This document shows positions 25,529 to 39,278 of a stretch of 64,000 nucleotides of DNA, one piece after another. The notes beneath the pieces were generated by a model. It was not told where the DNA came from, searched no databases, and worked only from the letters and a program-made list of their open reading frames with translations. The stretch covers positions 1 through 64,000 of the forward strand of contig JALMLS010000255.1 in the NCBI GenBank assembly GCA_038496445.1, given 5' to 3'. Both the position numbers and the translations under genes were made by a program. This stretch comes from Trichosphaerium sp. ATCC 40318 (lineage: Eukaryota > Protista > Tubulinea). Within the stretch, counting starts at the first letter, position 1, and each line of letters starts with the position of its first letter.

Positions 25529-27342
25529 ATGTTTGCTGTCAAAATAAGTTTAGTGGTTTCTTTGTTGTTGGTTTGTTTGGTACAGTGTGAAGGTTAGGTT
25601 TTGACGTTCTAATCGTCATCTTATTCTTCAAGCGTAGGCAGTGATATAGGTACTATTCAGTCTGTATACCTTCAAGAAGACTTTCTTTTAACATGGCAAA
25701 TAATGGGAGAATAGTACGTCAAAAGTAGTTTAATGTACGCCTTATGATAACTAACTATCGTTCTGTAGCATTTCTATAAGCGTCACAAGTACAAAAGTAA
25801 GCCACATTTTCCTTTCTGATGTTTTTTTTTTTCGTTGCCTTAACACGTGGTTGTAGTTAGGTTGGATTGCTATTGGGTGGCATAACCCAGGAGAATTTAA
25901 TAGTATGGCAAATACAGATATCACAACTGCAACTTTCGATAAGTCTGGGAAGGTAAGAGACTTATGAAAGCGAAATACGCTTACATATTCTATTTAGCTT
26001 GCTAGTGTCGACGATAGATACTACCCTGGTCCTAGCGGAGGAGGTTTTCCATTACTGGATACCGAACAGGTTTGAAATAAGAGCAAACAATCACGTTGTC
26101 TTACAACGAAACTTAGGGTGGTACAAATGATATTGTCTCTTTTTCTGGATATCAAGCAACAAATCCTCCGCTATCAAAGTTCACCTTTCTTAAAAAACTA
26201 GAAACAGGTGATAAGATGGATATACCTGTTTCTAACAATTCATACCCGCACGTGATTTCTTTCGACATAACGCTTTCACAGCATTTTTTAAATCAACTGT
26301 TTTTTTTGAATGTTTCTAACTCCTTTATAGTGTTATTTATGCATGGGGAGATTCAAATGATTTCGGATACCATGGACCGAATGCGGGTACGGGTCTTAAC
26401 ACTAAAGGTTTTTCCTTAAAGTTCTTGGACTAACGATTGTAGGATCGTCTAAAACTGCTTTAAATTTCTTGTCTGGAGGAAAAGGAGCTCCTGTATTAAA
26501 GGATCCAATGGCAATATATCGTCAATTGCATGCTTTGTTAATGTTTGCAGCGTACGTGACTGTTTGTTTTAACTCACTTACTGAACGTATACAGGTTCGG
26601 TGTCTTGATATTTGCTGGCGCTTTTATAGCTCGTTTTATGAAGGCTTACAGATGGTGGTTCCCACTTCATATTGCTGTCCAAGTCACAGGTTCAAGTGCA
26701 ATACTTTCAAATGAATTACTAATACCTTGAAGCGCTGTGTTCTTCTCTGGTCGCTTTTTCTTTTGCCGTGTATTTGGTTCAAGAAAGTAGTGTACGTCGT
26801 AGTGTCTTTATGTTTGAACACTGAATAACTCCGTTCAGGGAGCACACTTTACAAAGATACACCACTGGTTTGGTCTAGCAGCTATGATTTTGATGAGTAT
26901 GTCTCCTTTCCTCGGCTGGTTATCGGACATGCTATGGAATCCAAGTAGAACCAAAATACCAATATGGCCAGATAAACTACACTGTACAAGTTACCGTTCA
27001 AAACTTCTCTTTTAACTTTTTACAAATAGGGTGGGTAGGAAGACTAACAATGGTTTTGGGCGTTGTCGCCATTTTCCTTGGGATGTGGATTATGGTTAAC
27101 AAGTTCTTAAGTACGATTGAATATGTCAGTGCGCGATAACAACTTATTGGATTTTTTAGTGATTCTGTTTGGTGTTCTTGTTGCTTTCTATGTATTTGTA
27201 CTGTGCTACGTCTCAGTATATAAGCGTGTTAAAGGCGATCTTGTGAGGTTTGTGGGCTATCTTTTCTCAAGAATTATGCCTAACTCTTTATGGTAGTGAA
27301 GATGTTCATAAACCTTTGATAATTAACCACGATGAAAGATAG
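25529..27342 (+). CDS. DOMON + cytochrome b561 domain protein (ferric-chelate reductase-like)
   Basis: Signal peptide; DOMON (GWIAIGW, SMANTDI, VIYAWGD...YHG); b561 histidines (QLHALLM, WFPLHIAVQ, IHHWFG, KLHWWVGR). Contains one GC-AG intron. Confidence 0.88.
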
Positions 27343-27585
27343 CTATAAGAGTACAGCAAGTCAAAAAAAAAAAACCAACTGTTGTATAAACGAAAGAAAA
27401 CTTCTGTATTTTTTTTAGCTTATCACGTGTTTGTTTTACCTTCTCACAAAGTCAAGAGAATAGCCTGGATTCACTCAAGCGCTAACTTTACTTTTGAAAC
27501 TCTGACACTAATATCTCAGAGCGTATCAACGCCTGTAACGTACTACGTGTTTAGAAGGTACCTTTACAGGCTCAAGTTATTATTG

Positions 27586-30398
27586 CTACATTACGCTGCA
27601 TTTCTTTTTATCGGACGGTAGTGTATTTTGTATAATATCTCTTTGTCTTTTCTTTAGTATCCCATGGATACAAATAGCACGGCACAAATTATCAACATTA
27701 AAACCAGTCGTAGAACTATTTTTTGGTAAAGAAAAGGTTAGAATTCAAAACTATTTTAGTGTTCATCAACTCACCTTATCTCAAAAAACATAGCTCCTTT
27801 TCTTTTAGCTATTACAATACCTTCTTCAAAGCTTACTTCTCTATCTTTACTCCTATCCACATTATTCCTAAAGCAAAGGTCAACAGTGTGATAGCAACTT
27901 CAAAAAATCAAAATTAGAATTTGTTGAAGTGCCTATTCTCGGCGATCATGTAAGTGCTCAGTCACTTAATGTTGACCTCCAAAAAAGTTTACACGTACCC
28001 CACTACAATGTAAAGACAATTTGGCTCTGCTTTATGCTTCATTGCTAAGTTGTATATGACAGCATCCACAGTACGCTTGTTTGTAATATCATACATGAGT
28101 ATTAAAAAATCTTTTATGTAAAACCGTGAGGTGTAGCCAAGTGGAGTATGAGCCAGCGTTACATTAGTTTGTATTGTAACATTATAGAATGTCCTATTCT
28201 CAGACATAAAAAGTTTTCTTCTTAGAAGTTGTTTTCCTAGGCACGTGATTAAATATTGAAGAAAAAAAGCAGAATTTTTTTTTTCTGGTACCAGTGTCTT
28301 TATTGCCAATAATGAAACCCATAAGTTTGTAATTCGTAGTAAAATCTAAATTCTTAGCGATTTGAACGAATGTTTCACGAACAAGGTTGTGATCAGTGTT
28401 GCTAGGAGACCATCTAAAACAATTTTTTATTCAAAAACAGAAATCAAGAGAAATGATATTTTGTACCGCCTTGTCAACGCCACTCTGGCATTTTGCTTCC
28501 AATTTATTCCGTCATTACTACGTTCATCCATAGGAATCAAATCAATATTGTCGTTATCACCTTGAGTACGTGTAAATGTTAGCTAGGTAACTGTTCTCAA
28601 AAAGAGTTGTAAATGTATAAGAAACGCACAGTTTAAGAAAAGTGCTTTCCATAGCATGCTGTCTTGGCTTTACAATGCAATATATGTTAGTGGCTCAAGG
28701 TTATTTCGGTAGATTGCTACCTTACTGAATTCAAAAGCTTACAAGTACATGAGATGCTACAAAGTTCTGAGTAATCCAAGGTTTTGAAACAGTGAAACAA
28801 AATCTCATTTGGCATATCCAATACTGCACAATCAGAACGTGAATCTTCATTTCTCTCTAGTAAATAACTGTTAACTCAACACCCATTTTAACGAGGTCAG
28901 TCAAGGGAAAACGATTAAGCATACCTTTTGAGAACGTATAAACATCTAAAGTGTTTGCGGAGGTTTCTGAAGGAGAAGCTCGTTAGCCGTCACAACAAGA
29001 CTTGTATGACTTGGTACCAATACTATATATAGTCCCCATACATGAGCATCCAATTGAGCCATTTATATCACCAGGATAGAAAGGAGAAGAGAATACAGAC
29101 CAACTGTCGTTATCTAGTTTTCTTGTTTAACAAGAATACTTTTTGTCACAGAAAATAATGTGCTACGCACCTAGATTATAAGCCATTGTTTTATGCCCTT
29201 CTTCTGCGCTAGGGTTTATATTTTCTCCATAGAATATCATGTAATTTTTATACACAAACGTATTGTGGTGCGTAAAATACTATTGACTTTTTAAGACAAC
29301 AAACTTTGGAACTTAATTTTGTTGACTTACCTTTGGCACTTCTTTTACCGGAGTCCACTCGTAATCGTCTGCACGGTATGTATATATTTTAAGAAGATTG
29401 TCAGAATCATTCGTAGACCCTCCTACCAGAAACCTACAAACAAAGATACAAGTCAGAAAAAAAAAAGCCTGGAATCTCAGTTTTTTCTTACAAACAACGG
29501 TTATAAATTGCTGCATTGGAGAGTAATGGACTTGGTTTTTCTACTTTAAGAAACACTACTTCCTTACGAAACGATTCTAGGGTTCATATTAGAGCTAAAC
29601 GTAACCCTGGCGACTCTAAAAACATGGCTGCTGTAAATTCTTGATTTTGTTTGATGGTAAGCTCTTCCAGTCAACGTACTCAAGTCTGATATCCAAATAT
29701 CGTTCACTTGGTCTTTGCGATTTTTATTGTCGTCTGGATTTGATAGTAACATCAGAAGATCGCTGAAAACCCTTAGCAACAACCAAAAAAAAAAAAAGGG
29801 AGACAAATGAATCCAGAAAAAAAAAGATTACCTGGCCATAGAAGCTGAAGTAACGTGCTCACTAAGAGGCATTGCATCCACATTAATACTTGCTTTTATT
29901 CTCCAACACTTATTGACTATAAAAATAAACTGTTAGCACCACCACGTTCTTTTATTTCTTTGAAATAAATATGGCACGTGCTTGTATCAAAACAATGAAT
30001 GGCTCCTTGAGGTGTTGTTGTTTTCGCCTTCTTTGTCTTTGAACTGACAACTACGTCTTTGCATTCATAAAACAATATCATGTCACCCCAAACTACAGCA
30101 GGTGCAGTGACTGATAGCTGACATGACGAAAAATCGTATTTTTGTTGATTTTGAGTATCTGAACGGTAAAACGATTAAACTGACTGTAAGCTATACGACA
30201 GTAGTCTCACATACCCAAATTGACCATGTAGCAGCTTGTTATGGAATCATCGTCATCGTTTAAACTACAAAATACATATAACTCGTTTTTGATCACTATG
30301 CTGTTTATATTACGCTCTACAATTGGTATTGGAGATAAATCAAGTCTACAACGCTTGCTCCATTTAAAGCCGTCCCAATCCGTAAATTCTTGGCTCAT
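27586..30398 (-). CDS. Kelch repeats + F-box + degenerate Ras/Rab-like GTPase domain + CaaX
   Basis: Kelch-like (LYVF, FLVGG...YEW), F-box (LDMPNEILFHCFKTLDYSELCSISC), G-domain (IIGNKDTGKQ, LMYDIT, VVGNNVD, REVSFEEG, FFEISS), ends KKKCSVM*. Confidence 0.8.
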
Positions 30399-30660
30399 TT
30401 TACGCTTGCTTACCTATTAATGCGTTTTTGCTTACTTTCAACTGACTTGCTTAATTGCCATTAAGTTTGTCTTCAACATCATTCCAAATTCGAATGATTA
30501 GATGACTGTCTCCTCATCCTCTTTGGAATCGAATACTAACCATTTGTACAATCTGCTTAAGCAATGTTATTCGAAAAGAGGCTTGCAGTTTCGAACGCCA
30601 TATTCGTTTACCACGTGTCAACTTTGCTAAATACAATTTTGTTTTATTTTTTTTTTAAAT

Positions 30661-33600
30661 CTATACAACAGAAAGGCTTTGTGACTCGTCTGAAAAAGTG
30701 TCACTATCACCACGAAAAAGCTTAGGTCCAGACTCAGGGTTGAATCTCTAAAATAAAAGTTATTAAGGGTTGATTTCTGTTACAGTTTTAGAAAAATAGA
30801 CGGCGAAAAAAAAAGGCTTTTTGGCGAGTTGGTTGAGCCGTTGCGTACTGTTATATTATTTGATATCGGCGATGATTTAGGACGCTTCTTTATACTATCT
30901 CGTAAGCTGTTCATGACATTTGAAAATTTTGCAAGTTCAGGTTGACTAGTGCTAAGCCTGTAAAAAAAAGTTAAGATCATTTGTTGTTTTGGATTTTTTG
31001 GTTTTCTTTGAAAACAAACCTTAGTGCACCGAATCTGTCTGCTGGTGTTATTTTTATGTTACCAGTGTTACCCATTGTCTTTGATTTAGGTACTTCTTCT
31101 GGTTTTACATCTTCTTCAAATAAAATATCTGCGTATCTTATCATGAAGCAAACAAGAGAATTCGCTTTTACTGCGTTTTCTGTTTCTTTCTTTAATATCT
31201 CTAAGTCTATTGTATCTTCCACAACGCAATCTCCTCCAGCCAAGCTCTCATTACATCTAATAAGACTCTGACCGCACATTCTGCCTAGTAAAGGTAAGAA
31301 GAGAACAACAAAACCAAACAAAAAGGCACTCAAAACAATATTCGTTCGACAATGACAAAAACATTTATGTCGTACATGGTTTCGCAATAAACATTTGAAT
31401 TAAAAAGGAAATTACGTTAAACACGTGAGAAAATGTCTTTAAAGAATCTGCTTGATTTTGAACAAAAACTGGTTCTTCTTGTGGCGCGGGTTGATTGCAA
31501 CTTTTGTTTTAAATCACGTGCGAAAAAAAACCTGTTTGTAAATTGTATTGCTTTCAACGTACCCATATTTTCTGCTGACATCCTATTGTGTTGTGATTGT
31601 GAAACTACCTTTAATGCCATTTTTAATACTGCTTTCAGTAGATTATGGCTGTGTATTGGAATATCATCAACCAACGTTTTTAATTCTGAAGCTAATGTAC
31701 GAAGTTCATTTGATGTATGTAAGTTTTGTTGTACATCTAGATTAGATTTATCAAGATCAAGCTTAGTCTCCAGAGCAATTATTTTATCTAAAACAAACCC
31801 ACGTGTTAGCAAGTAGTAAATAAGAAGGAGACTAGATAGTCTTCGAAAAGCAGCGATAAAAAAAACGCGGATAACATGTCATCTATTTAGAGCGTACCTG
31901 CAAATACAATAAAGCGTCCGTAGCGCTCAAAAGTCATTAATGGATTAGGTAACTCATGTAAAAACAGTTTGATTATATCAGCCGCAGTACAAACTTGATC
32001 AACCGTCCAATTTAAAGGTTCTAAAACAGCATAAGGACAACCAAACACTTTTAACATCTCGTTTTAAAAAAAGGTACAACTAAATTAAGATCTCACTACT
32101 TACGTACCATGTGCGTTTATCCTTCGTCTATACTCTATATTAAAGAAGTTAGGTTAGTGTACAGAATGATAATAAAAATATCTGTTGTACCAAGTATATC
32201 TGCTGCATTTGCTGGAACTCTGAACAGTCCATCTTCAGTACAATTATTTTTGACAAAATCGAATGTTTCCTTCATAAATATAGGTATCTTTAACTCGGGA
32301 TGTACAAAACGTTGATTGAACATAATAGTATTTATATCTACTCCAAATAAACAGTGATCTTGCAATATACCCTGACACTACATAAGAACAGACAACCAAT
32401 AAAAAAAGGTACGAAGAAAATTGAACACCAATGTTCAAAACACTGTTACGTACCTCTTTGATTTGTACATCCCGTATGTTCCGTTGTTCGAATATTTGTT
32501 CGTCAATCATAGGCTTACCTTAAATTACAACGTAAGTTTTATAGAAGGGCGTGATAGCAGATGTTATAATATTTACCTGCGTCGACTATAACGGCATTCT
32601 TGAGGTTATCTTTTGCTTCTTGGATTGTCTTTTGATCAGCCCCAAATACGATACAGCAAAGCCAACATTCAGGCTCTCCTTTTTTTCCTTTACCCATACG
32701 GTTTGCTAAATCAGAAAATCTCTCCTTCTCATGAGATTTACTGTACAAAACAGTTAAAAAACCAGAATGCTGTTTAACTATTTTTTGTGTTTTTTTTTCG
32801 AAATCGCGTTACGCTTACCTCTTGTTATCAAAAGCGTCGGAGTATAAGAATATTTTTAGATCAACATGGTGATTATATAGTTGTTGAGCAAACTCTTTTC
32901 CTACTTTCTAAACACAAATCACGTGAGTAACTTATGAATTTCGTTGAAAATATTATTTTTGTGTTAACAACATTTTTAACACAAACTCAAGTCCTTACCG
33001 TGCATAGATCACAGGCTCTGAATATAGCAGTGCCAGATGTTGACTTTAACCTATTTTTATGTTACAATCGAAATAGAATTGAGTAAAATAAGTAGGGGCG
33101 AGCTAACCTTTCAAGCCATTTTAAAATACTATCTAGAATTGTATCGTTCACAATACAAGGAGATCTTAAGAGTGCTGGTACTGCAGCAAATCCAACAAAA
33201 GCGACAAATAATATATCGTTAGGATTAGATTGCAATGCTATCCGCATCTTTGTAACTTGACTCCTGAGCGTAATAGAGTTAAAATCTCGTTTTGATATAA
33301 GTTCGCATTTTTTGAAAAAAAAAAGTCCAAAAAATTACCTTATACTGCGTATCGCCTTTTCAAATCTCTTCACGCCTTGATGAGATGCTTTCATGGATTT
33401 ACTTAAATCCAAGCAAAATATATCCAACTTTATCACAGCCACATCAGGCTACACGTGTACATTAACAAAAAAACAATTGCGCTAGTTTTTTTTGAAAAGG
33501 GAAAAAAAAGAAACATCCCAAACTGCACTGAAATTTCAGGCAGTACACCTTAATAGTAAAACCTGGTATCATCATACGATTGCGTAATATTCAATAAAGC

Positions 33601-34448
33601 GTACCAGATCAATTATTTTGAATTGTTTTGCGTTAAAAGGTCTTATGCGTTTAACTTTGCTTGCCAAGAATTTTGTAACTTCCGGATCTTCTCGTATGCT
33701 CGGTACTGCGAAAACCTATGTTATATCACGTGATCAATAACTTGTGGAGTTATAAAATAAAAGTATTGTTACGTTCGAACTAAACGATGTAAAATAACTC
33801 CGTCACGTGAAAGCACGTGGTGTCGTTTCGTTTTAAAGGGTTTTCAGATTTTTTAATTTATCTGTTTTCGTTTTTTGGATCTATCCGAAAGACATTGTAC
33901 CTCCCGTAGACTAAACTCTATTTTAACGCGACGGTTCTCTGCCTCGTGATTATCACCAGCTTTACCAGTAACGTGTGGAAATTCGGAAAAAACAACCATT
34001 GGGTACTCTTTACGAACCTAAAAAGAAGCAAGGTAATTAGGAAAAACAATAAAAGACATAAACACCTTTACGGTTTTTTTACATACCAGCTTGAATAGTT
34101 TTGCAAGATTTTTATCTTTAACATGCTTAAACGTCCATAGCTGATCTCTGAATTGTAATGTAACCGTATAGAACGTCTATATACCGAAATAATGAGAAGA
34201 AAGCAAAACACTTACATACAATTTTTTTTTTTGGTTTTTTTTTCTCTCGAATTTGTGGATTTAAAGCGTACAGACTTGTTAATTTGCATTATTCCTCGTT
34301 TTGGTACGTCAACTCTGAACTCTGTTGTAAAGTAGTCTACGATGAATTCTTTCTTTACAGGCAGGTATGGTAGCTCAGTATCGCTTGTTTCAATAAAAGA
34401 TTCTGTGTCTTTTTCCATAGCGAGTGGGTAACTAGCTGCCTTCGCCAT
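30661..34448 (-). CDS. PX-like + VWA + RhoGAP protein
   Basis: RhoGAP (LFGVDI, EDGLFRVPAN, IKLFLHELPNPLM, NRMSAENM); VWA (FCLDLSKSM, SGTAIFRA, IFLYSDAFDN); N-terminal PX-like region (FYTVTL...FP...RRVKIE...FL). Confidence 0.82.
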
Positions 34449-34834
34449 ATGTGTAGCTAAAAAACCTTTTTGTCTAAAGTAGCTTATTCCTCCTCAAATG
34501 GTGTTTAGTTCGGGTTGGTGCGTTTAATGAAATCACGTGCTTAACTCTACTTTCGACGTTTTAAGCAGTTACTGCAAACCACAAAGCGGCTGAATCGGGA
34601 GAAAACCGTATGAACTACACTCGAAACAAAGCTCATGGACTAGCGACGCACGTGCACTTTTTTAAAGGCTTCACAAAAGAAAATCTTTGCTTATGGCGTA
34701 TAGATTCTGATAGAATGTCTTGTTGTAGCTATTGTTATGAGGAGGGTTACCATATTTATAGGAACAATCTGTTGGAACGCAGACATTACTTTTTTGGAAC
34801 GGTCATAAACCGCTAACAGAGATAAGCATGGTAT

Positions 34835-35752
34835 TTAACTTGTGTTTTTTTTTATTCTTGTGAAAGCGACTGCAACAATTATGGTTCCTGATACTTTATC
34901 TTTCTTTCTATAACGTGATTGTAACGTCAATGCTATTTCAGGAGCCTGAGCAAGAGCCATAGCAAGTACTTGATCTTTGTGTATAGTATTATCGGCAATA
35001 GGAATGCTATCTTCATTTTTCTTCAACATGTCTTGTATGTCAATATAAGCTTCTCCCATAAAATCATCTATCATGAAGTCATCATCCCTATAAATAACAC
35101 AAGACCGTTAATCGAAAGTATTCAATTCACACACTACTAATTACACTAAAATTAGTAAACTAACACGTGATAAGAAACGACAAAATTAATAGCTGAAGAC
35201 TTTACTTTTGTTTCAACTTTGGCATTTGCAAAGCCGAATTTGACTCTAGAAACTAGTCTAAGATGGTTCTAGTTATACTAGTCTACGTACCAAACTTCAA
35301 ACTTTATAAATTTTTCATCATTGTACTCTGTGTTTGCCTTTTCTCGCCATTTTGGGTTTATATTTTTTTTAATAACTTTCGTTTTGAGAAATGGTTTTTT
35401 AATAGGCTTATCTTTAGCATAATAATGTACCAGTCCTACTTTCGCATACGGATCAGCACATCCAAATAAATCAGAAACAACCAACTTGCTTCCAGAGTGA
35501 ATCTTTACGCATAGAAACGTGTAATCTGCATAAAAAAATTATATTAACATTGACAGTTTAATCTTTTGTGTTTAATTTTACATTTACATTAAACGTACAA
35601 GAATCACTTTGCGTATCGTCTGTAATTACTGTGGTAGTACCGAGACTCGTATTTAGTTCAATAGCAGCCGATATAGACATAGTTCCAGGGTCGTATTGAG
35701 CAATTGGTTGAGATGCGACTCTCGCAAGGTTCAGCGCACGAGTTTTTGACAT
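34835..35752 (-). CDS. C2 domain protein
   Basis: SDLFGCADPYAKV, KTKVIKKNINPKW, FEVWDDDFMIDDFMGEAYI. Confidence 0.9.
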
Positions 35753-36234
35753 TGTAGTTTTTAACGGAATGTTATTCCAGTTGTTTAATACCCAACAGCG
35801 TTCGGGTAATTGAATCTAGGCGCAGGTGTGGCTATTATTGGAATTGTAAATTGTGATTAAGCAAAGTTTATAAATAAATCACGTGCTTGAATATTTGCGA
35901 TGAATTTTCGCATTTCTGCTATCTAGGAGACAAGTTATGCAACGGAATAGATACAGTGCAGCAAAATGAATAGAGAGCTATAAGCAGTTCCCATGTGGGT
36001 TTACCCAACTGCAGTTGTGTGTGAAGGTAAAGTATTCACGTAATAAAATTCGCATTCCTTTCTTCTTTGGTAGGATAGAATGTACCGTACCTGATAAAAG
36101 GGAACATTAATGCAGCTTATCAAGCTTCTGAGATGCTATCTTAATACGTTACACGCCTGATATGGGTATGGATATAGTGTAAAAAGGTATAAAAGCCATC
36201 TTACTGTACACATTGAAGAAAAAACCGTTGGGTT

Positions 36235-37899
36235 TTATTTTTTGATTTTTCTGACTTTCTTTTTTAATTGAGAAGTGTTGCTAATCTTCTTGCGTTTCTG
36301 ATCATTCCTACCTTTTTGTTTTACCCACCAAGATGATATCTGACCATGAACTCTCTTATAATCAAGAACATGCGGGCACGGCTCATCAATACGTGGCTGA
36401 TGTTGATGTTCCGGAGACTTACAGACTTCACAAACACAAGAACGGCAAGTATAAGTCAAACAATAAGGACATAGATCACTATTTGACCCAAAACTTGGAG
36501 AAACACGTGACAACCTACCATTACCATTAATATGAGTAAGTTGCTTTGTAGTGATATCTCCATGTATGGTAGGTTTCTTAGATTTTGTTGGAGCCCACCA
36601 GTAGTTAGTCGAAACACTGAAAGTGTCGCTCACAACAGTGTGAATCTTCAAAAAAAAAAGGTAAGAGAGTCATTTTTGTTTCGTTTATTTGTGTACCCAG
36701 CCTGCTGGTATGTATAGAACATCTCCTGGATTAAGTGTTGTGGCTATAGGCATACCCATTGATATATCTGAATACTTGGTTGACACCAAAGATTCGTTGG
36801 TGATATTCATTTTTGTTTGTCTTTCGTTTTCATGACCAAGTGGGTGCAAGTGAAGGTACTTTTCATCTTCTGGTCTTTGAGAATATGTCAGTGCTATATT
36901 TTACTCTCTTATACGTACTTCCACATTAACACTCGCTTTTTTCCATAGAGCTGGAGTAACAGTCCATCAGAGAGGTCATAGTGAGGTGGTGTGATACATC
37001 CAGCGCCTGATATCCAAATACGTTGTACAAATGGCTCTGGTTTGAGATTGTTGGAAAGGATGTACTCCTCAGGACCCTTAACGCGATCACATATGTAATT
37101 CTTAAAACTATCTATAGCCTCTTGATATATATAGCAAGTATTGCTGGACTGCATACGTTGGAAAGCCTGTTCGAAGTCAGTACAAAAAAAATCACATCAG
37201 CTTTAACTCTACCTCGTTTAGTGTAACTGTTTTGAGTAGTGACTCAACGTTTTTACCTCCTTGGAACTGCCCAATTTCTGATTCATATATCTTTACTTTA
37301 GTACCACCTCCTATGTGCTTCAAAAGCTCAGCTGGAGAGAAGTACGTTTCAAGAGATTTTCTCATTTTTTTAGCAAGTTCTTTCGACATATTTGATACTG
37401 CATTGTTCTCTTCCATTCTACGCTGCATGGTATACGGTTTATTCGCATTAGCTTTCTGAATATCTGCAACAATAGCTGGACCATCAAAATCGCTATCAAC
37501 CCACTTATCATCTTGTCACGAAATGTTAAAAGGACATGGTAAAAAATACTAAGTCAGAACTTCATACCAACTTTAACAGTAAGCAAACACGTTTGGAAAA
37601 TAACAGGTATGCTTTCGCTCTGAGTATTTAAAACGTGCGTGGGAGGTTTATGTTGCCCAGAACGCCTTGTTGCTTCAGTTGCGAAGGTGTACGAAGGTAT
37701 CTGAATAAGACTATTAACAGAACCATTTTAACGCGGAAAGTACCTTTCCAGATATACTATTGGCGATAGTACTGCACCAGGGTCCATTTTTATATTCTTC
37801 TAGCGCCTTCGATCCATAATTACTTATTGGCTTACCACCAGTCATCTGTTCAGCCTTCGCTTGCCATGTATTGAATGTTGGCGAAGCTTGAGCTGCCAT
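36235..37899 (-). CDS. JmjC/cupin-like 2-oxoglutarate Fe(II) oxygenase with Cys/His-rich C-terminus
   Basis: IWISGAGCITPPHYD, QLYGKKRVLMW, LNPGDVLYIPAGWIHTV, SVSTNYWW; HxD...H triad intact. Confidence 0.9.
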
Positions 37900-38175
37900 G
37901 ATTAAATAGATTAGAAATACAGGCTATGGACTTAAGTCTGCGTTGTTGCCACATTCAGAGAAATGTTTTGATCAAACTGCTGTTCATAGTGAACTTCAGA
38001 TACTATAGACAAACAAGCGGCAATACACGTGTTTCAAAATTTATTTTGTTTGCTGTATTGTACATTTCAAAGTTTACCAAGATGTAAGGCATTTTTGTTT
38101 CATTGTTTGTGATGTCCTTTACGAGTATTGTGTGGTTCTAGCGAAATTGATCCGGAAGCATCAATACTTAAAGAG

Positions 38176-38890
38176 TTATATTCTTACACGGGGTGGTCTC
38201 GGATGCATATATCTGTACATCTATAATCGAAAATCAAAAAAGAATCCACGTGTTGAAATAAAAAATTGTTTTTTCTAAACACCTTCAATTGTTCAAGACT
38301 CAATGATTTCTGTATAATGTACTTACAGATACTCCTGCAATTTTAATAACTTTGAAGTGAACACCTCTGCAATCAGACATTTTATGACCAGAGACAAGCA
38401 CTTCATCCTGAAACCGAAGTAAGACAAGATCTGAAAAATGCAAAAGTACAAAAAAAAAAGTTGGAAGCTTTTGAGAATTATCAAGTACGTTTTCATAAAT
38501 GTAACTCAGGCTGCCATCACCCGGAACAAGTGCAACTATATCTACACCATTTTTAATGAGCCTAACATGAACACACTTTCGTAATCCTGAATTTGGTCTT
38601 TTTGGTACAACTCCTCTGTTGAAAACGTGTTAGTCGGTGTTACAGTGCTTTCAAGACGCACATTTTCCTTATGACAATACCTTTAGCCATAGAAGCGCCT
38701 TGGAAAGGATGATGTTTCAATTTTGAAAACAAAACGCGCTGTTTACGCTTTTTAAGGCCCCAGCGGTGCGAAACATGTCGCTTCCTGTTATTCCTAGCTG
38801 CTTTTATGCCTTTGGCACCTTTTCTTCTATTTAAAAGCAGTTAGAATGTGAACAATGCACTCTGCTATTGCTATCGAGTCCGTACCCCAT
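38176..38890 (-). CDS. RPS23-like: Highly divergent 40S ribosomal protein S23 (uS12) homolog
   Basis: Hand-spliced: [13 protein letters not shown]...[86 protein letters not shown]|[14 protein letters not shown]. Last intron less certain. Confidence 0.9.
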
Positions 38891-39278
38891 TGTATTAATC
38901 TTACAAATTTAAACTAATTAATTCAGTTGAAGTTGAGAATAACAGTTTAACGTTATCTGAATTCGGCACACTTTGTACAGTTGTTGTTTCACATAACAAT
39001 GTGCCCTAAACGAGTTTGACAAGCATAAGACAGCATGTTAAATCGATCTTGCGACTAAGGCAGAAAATGTTCTGGATATTGCAAGAATGTTAGAGGTAGA
39101 AGAGACTTTCGTTGTAGTTTATCACAAACTATCAATTCAGTAATATCAGACCTTTTTGCCATTGTTCATTAATAGGGTATCCTTTTTCGCTGTCTTTATG
39201 AATTATCTTAAAAAGGCAAACTGTTCCAGAAAGAAAAAGGAATCACAGTAGAAAGTATTTGTTTTATCAAAGACATTA

